A stretch of 49,724 nt of DNA, taken from NCBI GenBank assembly GCA_965215565.1, contig CBDCDZ010000002.1:1-49724 (forward strand). The letters are read 5' to 3'. Position 1 is the stretch's first letter; each line of letters begins with the position of its first letter. This stretch comes from Trueperaceae bacterium (lineage in GTDB: Bacteria; Deinococcota; Deinococci; Deinococcales; Trueperaceae). Below, piece by piece: positions 39,270-49,724 of this stretch. Below the pieces are notes generated by a model, which saw only the letters and a list, made by a program, of their open reading frames with translations, had not been told where the DNA came from and made no database searches. The position numbers and the translations under genes were made by a program.

Positions 39270-40399
39270 CTCAGTACACGACAGATTTGAAATAAAGGGC
39301 TCTCCAGTGAAGAATGGATGTTGCGAGACACCACTTCAAGGGAGAGCATATGAAGCATACCGGGTTGCTGGCACAGTTGAAAGCGAGCGGCTTAAAGCTG
39401 CACCCGTCACGGCTTAAGTTCTTGAGCTTGTTGATGATCGCGATGGTGCAGGCAAAGACGGTGAACTTGGCGACGTTGGTAGGCATGATGGAGGGCAGAG
39501 CCCAGCCGGACTCGCTTTACAGACGGGCGCAACGGTTTTTCCAAGGCTTGCACTTGGCCGATGAGACAGTTTTCAGGTACGCGCTGAGTCTAGGTCCCAA
39601 GCGAAGCTACAGCCTGTGCCTAGACCGGACGAACTGGAAGTTTGGCAAACTCGACATCAACATCTTGACCCTGGCTTATGCGCATGAGGGCGTAGCGGTT
39701 CCCTTACTGTGGTGTCTTTTGCCCAAGGCTGGCAACTCCGCCACGCAAGAACGCATTACGCTTTTGGAGCGTTTGCTAAAACTTTTGCCCGTAGACCAGC
39801 TAGAGGTGCTGCTAGCCGATAGGGAGTTCATCGGGGGCGACTGGTTCGCTTATCTTGAGCGTAAGCACATCCCTTTCGTTATCCGCGTGCGTAAAGACGC
39901 TCTCGGTGATGGCTGGTTTCATCTGTTCGGCTTTTTCCAGCATCTACCTGTGGGTGAGCACAAGGTACTTAAACAGCGCTACACTGTCTTTGGTGTTGAG
40001 CTTGGGGTTGCAGGCGCGCGTTTAGAGGGTGGAGAATACATCATCGTCGTCACCAACCGCAATCCTAAGCAGGCCCTCGCAAGCTACGCGAAGCGCTGGC
40101 AGATAGAATGCTTGTTCAAAGCCTTGAAAAGCAGCGGCTTTGACTTTGAAGCTACGCATCTCAAGCACCTAGAGCGCATTAACACCTTACTTGTCGTTGT
40201 GACCCTGGCTTTCTTATGGGCCTTGAAAGTCGGAGCATTTGTTCACCGTCAGCTCAAACCTGTTCGAATGAAGTCGCACGGGCGCAAGCAGAAGTCTTTA
40301 TTCCGGGCAGGCTTAGACCATCTCAGGCATCTGCTCACCAACTCGGCAACCAAAAAGCCTGACCTGGACCGCTGTTTTCGGCTTTTGTCGTGTACTTAG
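39270..40399 (+). mobile_element. IS4-family insertion sequence (about 1130 bp)
   Basis: Terminal inverted repeats CTCAGTACACGACA / TGTCGTGTACTTAG (13/14 match) enclose a single DDE transposase. No target duplication visible. Confidence 0.88.
39350..40399 (+). CDS. tnp: IS4-family DDE transposase
   Basis: LDRTNWK, LADREF, and YAKRWQIECLFKALKSSGF (YREK motif). Confidence 0.93.
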   Translation: MKHTGLLAQLKASGLKLHPSRLKFLSLLMIAMVQAKTVNLATLVGMMEGRAQPDSLYRRAQRFFQGLHLADETVFRYALSLGPKRSYSLCLDRTNWKFGKLDINILTLAYAHEGVAVPLLWCLLPKAGNSATQERITLLERLLKLLPVDQLEVLLADREFIGGDWFAYLERKHIPFVIRVRKDALGDGWFHLFGFFQHLPVGEHKVLKQRYTVFGVELGVAGARLEGGEYIIVVTNRNPKQALASYAKRWQIECLFKALKSSGFDFEATHLKHLERINTLLVVVTLAFLWALKVGAFVHRQLKPVRMKSHGRKQKSLFRAGLDHLRHLLTNSATKKPDLDRCFRLLSCT

Positions 40400-40408
40400 C
40401 TAAAACTT

Positions 40409-41305
40409 ATGAAGTTTTATCAACTCAGGGCATTTCTCGCGACGCTCGAGCACGGCACCTTCTCCGAAGCCGCTTTAGAACTCGGCATGTCCCAGTCGGC
40501 GGTAAGCTACGCGGTGGCAGAACTCGAGAAGAGCTTGGGCGTGACGTTGCTCGAGCGCGGGCGTGCGGGCGCGTCACCTACGGCAATAGGCAGAGAGGTC
40601 GCCGCGCAGGTGAAACAGCTCTTCCAGGTCGAAGAGACCATCCGCCAGCTCGCCAGCCGCGAAGCGGGCGCGTTGCGGGGAACGCTCAGCGTGCTGACCT
40701 TTCGCAGTGTCGCCAGTCGTGTGATGCCCGCTGTGCTGTGTGATCTCTCCGAACATCACGTGGGGTTGCAGGTAAGGTTGCTCGAGACAAACGATAACCA
40801 CCGAGAGGTCGAGCGGGCGTTGAGCGAAGGACACGCCGACCTCGCTTTCGTGCAGCTTCCCTTTTTGGATACGTTTCTTCAGTGGGAAGTTTTGCGTGAC
40901 CCCTACGTGGCGCTGCGTATTAAAGGCAGCGGCAAGAAGGGACACGCTACCTGGCAAGACCTCGCCGCGACGCCGCTCCTCCTCTACGGTGACCACGAGA
41001 GCACGGCGGTGATCGAGCAGTATCTCAAAGGCGAACTCGGACACGTTGAGCCAAAACATCAGGTGACAGAAGACAGCACCCTCGTTCGCATGGTGGCGGA
41101 AGGCTTAGGGCTTACCATCATGCCTGAGCTAGCAATTGAAGCGTTGCCAGAGAACGTCGAAGTCGCCGCGTTGCCCGAGCCGCTAGAGCGCACCATCGGC
41201 GTCGCCCTTGCACCCAAAGCGCTCAAGATGCCGGCGGTGCGCGCCTTTACCAAGGTGCTGAAAGCAAAGTATCCTGACAGCAAACTGCCCGACCTGAGCG
41301 TGTAG
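40409..41305 (+). CDS. LysR family transcriptional regulator
   Basis: GTFSEAALELGMSQSAVSYAVAELEKSLGVTLLER; MVAEGLGLTIMP. Confidence 0.95.
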   Translation: MKFYQLRAFLATLEHGTFSEAALELGMSQSAVSYAVAELEKSLGVTLLERGRAGASPTAIGREVAAQVKQLFQVEETIRQLASREAGALRGTLSVLTFRSVASRVMPAVLCDLSEHHVGLQVRLLETNDNHREVERALSEGHADLAFVQLPFLDTFLQWEVLRDPYVALRIKGSGKKGHATWQDLAATPLLLYGDHESTAVIEQYLKGELGHVEPKHQVTEDSTLVRMVAEGLGLTIMPELAIEALPENVEVAALPEPLERTIGVALAPKALKMPAVRAFTKVLKAKYPDSKLPDLSV

Positions 41306-41688
41306 TTTCTACTCGCCCGTTCTGGACAGCCATAAGATGCGGTAGAGGTGATGCGCCTCATGCAGCAATAAGAACTCGAGCCACAGCACTATATTCGTCT
41401 CGCCGAGTTTCGGGTGAACCCCTGTGCGTGCGAATTGGTCAGCGTTCAGCTCGTTGACGAACTTGAACAGGTCAGCGCGACGTACCTGCAGGTTCTCCCA
41501 CAAATCCTCCGGCGAAAGCTTCGTCCAGAGGTCAAAGCCGGGGTCATCCTCGGCGCGGTAGCGCCCTAGGTTCGGCTCATCCTCGTCGAGGATACGTTCT
41601 AGCCGTCCCAAGAAGACTTCAGGGTAGCGCCCCAGGTGCGCAACGTGCTCATGGATAGACCACTTGTTCGAGGGGGGACGCCGCGCTA

Positions 41689-42608
41689 GGGTCTGTCTGA
41701 CTAATCAAAGCCAGAGGATGATGGAGGCGAGGAGCACACCAGCACGGTAGTTTCTGCCGCGTTTGTCGTAGCGGGTGGCAACGGCGCGAAAGTCTTTAAG
41801 TCGGTTGATGCAGCGTTCGACCACGTTACGTCCTTTGTAGGCTTGCTTATCGAAAGCAGGAGGTCGTCCACCTTTTGTGCCCTTAGACAAGCGAGACTTC
41901 TTGGCATCTTCGCGCTCGGGGCTGATACAGATGATGCCCCTGCGCCTTAGTATCTTCCGCTGCTTGTTGAAACCATAAGCGCGGTCGAGTCTAAGCTGAG
42001 GGGGGCGCTTACGCGGTCGCCCTCTGCCAAGGCGGGGCACATAAATCTCGTCCAAGACCGGCTCTAGCCAAGCGGCGTCGTTGCGCTGTCCCGCCGTGAT
42101 GACCACGGACAGGGGTCGCACTTTGCCGTCCGCGCAGGTATGCACCTTGCTGGTGTGGCCTCCGCGTGAGTGTCCCAGCCACTCGTCTGCTAAGGTCCCC
42201 TTTTTTCACCCTCAGCAGGCCGCTTCCTCGCCCCGCTGGCGCTGCGGTGCGCTTTAATATGAGAGCTGTCTAACGCTGCGCCGTCCCAATCAATCTCACC
42301 CGCCGCATCGGCGTGAGCTTGAAGCCTGTGCAGGATGCGCTTCCAGACACCGTTGCGCTCCCACCTCGTGAAGCGGTCCCAGCAGGTCTGCCAAGGTCCG
42401 TAGCGTTCAGGAACGTCGCGCCAGGGAGCGCCTGTTTTCAAGCGCCACGAAATGCCGTTGATGACCTGTCGGTGGTTGCGGTAGTTGTGACCCCGTTGGG
42501 GATTGGGGGGTAGATGCGGTTTTAGTGCTTGCCACTGCTGCTCTTTTAGGTCTGTTCGTGCCATACGCCTACCCTAAACCATCTTCATCCCTTCTGTCAG
42601 ACAGACCC
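41689..42608 (-). mobile_element. IS5-family element (920 bp, two-ORF frameshift type) with a TA target duplication
   Basis: Perfect 13-bp inverted repeats GGGTCTGTCTGAC / GTCAGACAGACCC, flanked by TA on both sides. Confidence 0.93.
41705..42564 (-). CDS. tnp: IS5-family transposase, orfA and orfB joined by a -1 slip at AAAAAAGGGG (about 42200)
   Basis: orf[23 protein letters not shown]. orf[43 protein letters not shown]. Confidence 0.9.
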
Positions 42609-43063
42609 TAGGGCGTCGGTGTCGAGCCCTTCGGTGAACGAGGATAGCGCGTCGAGTTGCGTTTCGAGGCGGGACAGGGTCGACTGGGGCAAGGTCATGG
42701 CTCATCTTAGCGGCAAGGGCTCATGCTCGAGGGCAGACCGTAGCTCGTCTGCAGGAGTTGCGCGCAACTCACGCACAAAAATAATGCTGTGACAAGACCA
42801 GTTCGCCGCATAAGCGACGCCTTTGTCACGAAGACACTCCGTACACGGCGAAGAAGGTTCAATCGTCTCGCTGCGGAAGCGGAAGCAGTAGTGTGGCGAG
42901 GCAGAGGTGGGTGGTGGTAAGAGAGAGCGTCAAGAATTTACACCATAAGGTCTCTTCGGCCTCTCTACAAGGGGGACACGTCTTTATGAGAACCCCTCAG
43001 CCCTACAGACCGTCTCACATCAAACGACGGGGGCAGAATTCCACAAGCGAGAAGGAGAAAAAC

Positions 43064-44293
43064 ATGCAGTTCATTCTGAAAGTGTTGCTCGTCGGCTTTG
43101 CCCTCTGCGCCTGGGCCGCGCCAACGGTGGCCCAGGCGCAGGAAGCGCCCCCGCTGCCGAGCCCGGAAGAACTCACGGGGCTCCTGAACGTGTTCGACGT
43201 TCCTGGGCTGGCGCTGGCGACGCTGACCGACTGTGAGGTTGACAGTGAAGTTATTGTCGCGGGGTCGGCCACACTGGAGCCGGACGTGGCGGTGGTGCCG
43301 CTCACCGCGTTTGAGGCCGCGTCGCTGTCGAAACCCGTTTTCGCTTGGCTGGTGCTGACGCTCGCCGACGAAGGCGTGATTCATTTGGACCAACCCCTCG
43401 CCGAGACGTTCGACTACGCGCGCATTCCCGACAAGGCCGCGTACGCGAAGATCACACCCCGTATGGTGTTAACCCACCGGACCGGCCTGCCCAACTGGGT
43501 GGATGAAGGGGTTGACTTCTACGACCGGACGACGCCCATTCCTTTTGAAGCACTCCCCGGCACGGCCTACAGCTACTCGGGCGAGGCCTTTCAACTGCTG
43601 CAGGCCTTTGTGGAACATGAGACGGGAAAGACGCTGCAGCAGATTTTTCTCGAGCGCTTGGGAGAGGTCATGCCGCATTCGACCTTCGCGCAACCGCTGC
43701 CTGAGAGCGTCGTTCCTTCTCGAGGGTACAGGAGCGCCAGCGACCCCGCGAGTGGCCGCGGCATGACCAACCTCTACGAGCGCGGCATGGCGGCCAGCTC
43801 GCTGGTCACCACCGCCGGGGACTACGCGAGCTTTCTTTCGCTCGTATGCAAAGGTGAGGGTCTTCGCCCCGACACCTACGCCGACATGCTGCGGCCGCAG
43901 TCGCCCGTCCTTGAGGGCGAGGCACCCTATCCCTCGTCGTACGGTCTGGGCTGGATACTTGCAAACATCGGCGAAGGAACGCTCGCCGGTCACGGCGGCA
44001 ACAACGATGAGTACCGGGCCTTGGCCGGGTTCGTCCGGGAGAGTGGCGACGGTTTGGTCGTCCTAACCAACGGGGCCACCGGCCAGGCGCTTATCGACGT
44101 GCTCAGCGCTCCGCCCCCGCCCGCGCCGGACGAGAGCCTGAGCCCACCGGAAGCGGCTTTCGAGGCGTTCTGGGCGATCTACAACGAGGGCTATGCGCTG
44201 CTCGGCGTCAAGCACGTCGATTGGGACGCGGTGTATCAGGTGTACCGTAGGGCGACGAGCCGCAAACGCGCGCCACCGGGTACGAGCCGTTAG
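43064..44293 (+). CDS. Secreted serine hydrolase (beta-lactamase class C-like) with a truncated start of a Tricorn-C1/S41-like domain
   Basis: Signal peptide, SxxK (ASLSKP), LTHRTG, YSYS, GHGG. The tail FEAFW..Y....VDWDAVY breaks off at about 44245. Confidence 0.82.
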   Translation: MQFILKVLLVGFALCAWAAPTVAQAQEAPPLPSPEELTGLLNVFDVPGLALATLTDCEVDSEVIVAGSATLEPDVAVVPLTAFEAASLSKPVFAWLVLTLADEGVIHLDQPLAETFDYARIPDKAAYAKITPRMVLTHRTGLPNWVDEGVDFYDRTTPIPFEALPGTAYSYSGEAFQLLQAFVEHETGKTLQQIFLERLGEVMPHSTFAQPLPESVVPSRGYRSASDPASGRGMTNLYERGMAASSLVTTAGDYASFLSLVCKGEGLRPDTYADMLRPQSPVLEGEAPYPSSYGLGWILANIGEGTLAGHGGNNDEYRALAGFVRESGDGLVVLTNGATGQALIDVLSAPPPPAPDESLSPPEAAFEAFWAIYNEGYALLGVKHVDWDAVYQVYRRATSRKRAPPGTSR

Positions 44294-44483
44294 AGGAGCA
44301 AACCGATATCGACACGACGGTTCACTGGGTGCTGGGGCATGACAGGTCCTTCCTCAACACTGTGGGCGATATCCACCTCTTGCCCAGGGTGCTGGACGCT
44401 GCGAGCCGCTTCGAGAGGCGGCTCGCCGACGAGAAGATGCGCGGGTGGTGGAGAAACGAGGGATGGCGCCGCTCTTTACCTGA
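44245..44483 (+). pseudogene. C-terminal remnant of an aldo/keto reductase-like gene
   Basis: [30 protein letters not shown]...[21 protein letters not shown], then a frameshift to [11 protein letters not shown]. Confidence 0.6.
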
Positions 44484-44723
44484 GCTCGACCCCATCCGCA
44501 ACCCTCCGTTGAAAGAAGGGCACTGAAGCGGAGCTGACGCACCAGCTACGCGTATCTCACACAAAAGCGCAACATTTATCTACTCACAAAAGTCCCGGCG
44601 ACTTTACGCCGGACGGAGCGATACCCAAAAGGGCGGGTATAGTCTTTTGATGTATATACTCATTCTGCCGCTGAACAGCACGTATCATCACGTTTTTTCT
44701 CACACGAGCTAAAAGACGGCGTC

Positions 44724-45176
44724 ATGGAAGCTGCCATCTTCGCCGGCCTGCAGGTCGGCGGCAAATCCACCTTCTACGCCCGCCACCTCCTGCACACCCA
44801 CATCCGGGTGAGCCTAGACACCGTGAAGACGCGGCACCGCGAAAGGCGGCTCTTCGAGACCTGCCTAGAGCTCGCCCAGCCCGTCGCGGTCGACAACACC
44901 AACCCGCAACCCGAGGACCGGGCGCGCTACCTCGCCCCCGCCAAAGCGCGCGGCTTCAGCGTCATCGGCTACTATTTCGCCTCGAAGCTCGAGGACTGCC
45001 TAGCGCGCAACGCGCAGCGCGAGGGCAAGCGGCGCGTGCCCGAGAAGGGGCTAAGGGGCACCCACGCCAGGCTGGTCCTGCCGAGCTATGAGGAAGGGTT
45101 TGACGTATTGCACTATGTGCATATCGACGCGTCGGGTCGGTTCGTCGTGGAAGGGTGGCGCGATGAAGTTCACTGA
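44724..45176 (+). CDS. P-loop kinase (AAA_33 / polynucleotide-kinase-like)
   Basis: Walker A GLQVGGKST, RVSLD, VDNTNP, lid CLARNAQR, and PSYEEGFD. Confidence 0.85.
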   Translation: MEAAIFAGLQVGGKSTFYARHLLHTHIRVSLDTVKTRHRERRLFETCLELAQPVAVDNTNPQPEDRARYLAPAKARGFSVIGYYFASKLEDCLARNAQREGKRRVPEKGLRGTHARLVLPSYEEGFDVLHYVHIDASGRFVVEGWRDEVH

Positions 45177-45936
45177 GCTGGACACCAAGCTGCGCACCTT
45201 TGAGACGGCCCACGACCTCTGTGTCTTGCCCGAGATGTACGGGGTCGCCCGCGTCGACGGGCGTAACTTTACGCGGCTGACTAAAGAGGTACATGCGTTC
45301 GAGGCCCCCTACGACGCGCGCATGAGGGACTATATGGTCGTCACCGCCAAGCACCTCATGGACTGCGGCTTCCGCGCCGTATACAGCTACACCCAAAGCG
45401 ACGAGATTTCGCTCCTCTTGCACCGCGACGAGCAAACTTTTGCTCGTAAGCTGCGCAAGCTCACCTCGATCCTTGCGGGCGAGGCGAGCGCCAAGTTCTC
45501 CCTTCTGCTCGGCGACGTAGCCGCCTTCGACTGCCGCGTATCGCAACTCCCCAGCGCCGAGCTAGTCACCGACTACTTCCGCTGGCGGAGCGAAGACGCG
45601 CACCGTAACGCGCTCAACGCGCACTGCTACTGGCTGCTCCGAAAGCAGGGGGCGGGGGTTAAGGCGGCCACCGATAGGCTTAAAGGGATGTCGGTCGCGC
45701 AGAAGAACGAGCTGCTCTTTCGGGAGGGCGGGGTGAACTTTAACGACTTACCCGCCTGGCAGCGGCGGGGCGTGGGGGTGTACTGGGAAGAGTACAGGAA
45801 AGAGGCGCGCAACCCTGCAGCGGGTGAGGCGGTGACCGCGACACGCCGACGCCTCAAGGTAGACCTCGACTTGCCGATGAAGGATGCGTACAGTGCGTTT
45901 ATCCGGAACTTGGTGATGGAGGTGCATTCGCCGTGA
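45163..45936 (+). CDS. thg1: tRNA(His) guanylyltransferase Thg1-like protein (3'-5' polymerase)
   Basis: ARVDGRNF, YTQSDEISL, FDCRV, YFRWRSEDAHRN, NFNDLPAWQRRG. Overlaps the kinase gene by 14 nt. Confidence 0.93.
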   Translation: MKFTELDTKLRTFETAHDLCVLPEMYGVARVDGRNFTRLTKEVHAFEAPYDARMRDYMVVTAKHLMDCGFRAVYSYTQSDEISLLLHRDEQTFARKLRKLTSILAGEASAKFSLLLGDVAAFDCRVSQLPSAELVTDYFRWRSEDAHRNALNAHCYWLLRKQGAGVKAATDRLKGMSVAQKNELLFREGGVNFNDLPAWQRRGVGVYWEEYRKEARNPAAGEAVTATRRRLKVDLDLPMKDAYSAFIRNLVMEVHSP

Positions 45937-46326
45937 CGGCGGGGTGAAAACAGGGATTGACAACGGGCAAGTTTTAGCGGCACAAGGTTTACAGCACTGC
46001 AAACCTTTGTCCGTGTACAGGCTAACGCGGCAGTTGCGCGCGTTCGTCGCAGAAGCGTTACTAGCCTTTCAGGCTGACGGGACCGGTTTTGGTGTCTTAA
46101 AAGCGTGCTGAGACGAGAAGCTTAACCGGGCTCGAGATATCCCTCGGAATGTTAAGTTGGGCGCTGGGCTTGTTGAAATCCTAACGGTTTGAGTCGCCGC
46201 TCGAGCGTAGCGCAGTGATGAACCGACGCAGACAAATTAGGTTAGCAAAATACCTGAGATTGTCCTGACATAACCCAGTTACCCTCTGGACGTTCTTGTC
46301 ACGCTCTAAAAGAAAGGAATGAGTGA

Positions 46327-49707
<3,381 letters not shown>

Positions 49708-49724
49708 GTGTTCCGCAGCTGAAA

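Larger units (their letters stand above)
41309..42698 (-). pseudogene. DinB family protein (155 aa when rebuilt) interrupted by an IS5 element
   Basis: Removing 41689-42608 and one TA restores MTLPQSTLSRLETQLDAL...DALARRPPSNKWSIHEHVAHL...HEAHHL in frame. TAAGAT box upstream of the ATG. Confidence 0.9.

Overview
About 50 kb of moderately GC-rich bacterial DNA, probably from Deinococcota (Trueperaceae-like). This taxonomy is inferred from leaderless genes with a TANNNT box 5-7 nt upstream of the ATG, secreted proteins whose signal peptides end in A-x-A-Q, and very frequent CTCGAG. The window looks like an accessory or plasmid-like region in active decay. (1) 0.4-14.9 kb: a FadR-regulated carbohydrate/acid-sugar catabolic cluster with an FAD oxidoreductase, DapA-like aldolase, Lpl-type ABC transporter, BNR/sialidase-like protein, enolase-superfamily enzyme with an ATA start, 2-hydroxyacid dehydrogenase, GH29 and two Gfo/Idh/MocA genes (one with a nonsense codon). 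(2) 14.9-23.5 kb: mostly pseudogenes and remnants (IS630, PEP mutase, ada, a GNAT::nudK fusion scar, an aspartyl protease, a P450), plus two divergent leaderless HTH-regulator modules. Several apparent deletion junctions fall on CTCGAG. (3) 23.6-30.4 kb: a mobile-element-like block with an HU paralogue, an orphan gene under a ~230-nt highly structured leader, a 923-aa helical orphan, an alpha/beta hydrolase and a serine resolvase with an internal stop. (4) 30.5-39.3 kb: a giant secreted PPC-repeat/double-VWA protein, divergent from a secreted transglutaminase-like protein with a polymorphic-toxin-like tail. (5) 39.3-49.7 kb: IS4, lysR, a dinB gene split by IS5, a truncated serine hydrolase, a P-loop kinase-Thg1 pair (RNA end repair) and an ExeM/NucH nuclease. 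No rRNA, tRNA or CRISPR array was seen. All family assignments come from motif recognition by eye; no database searches were run.
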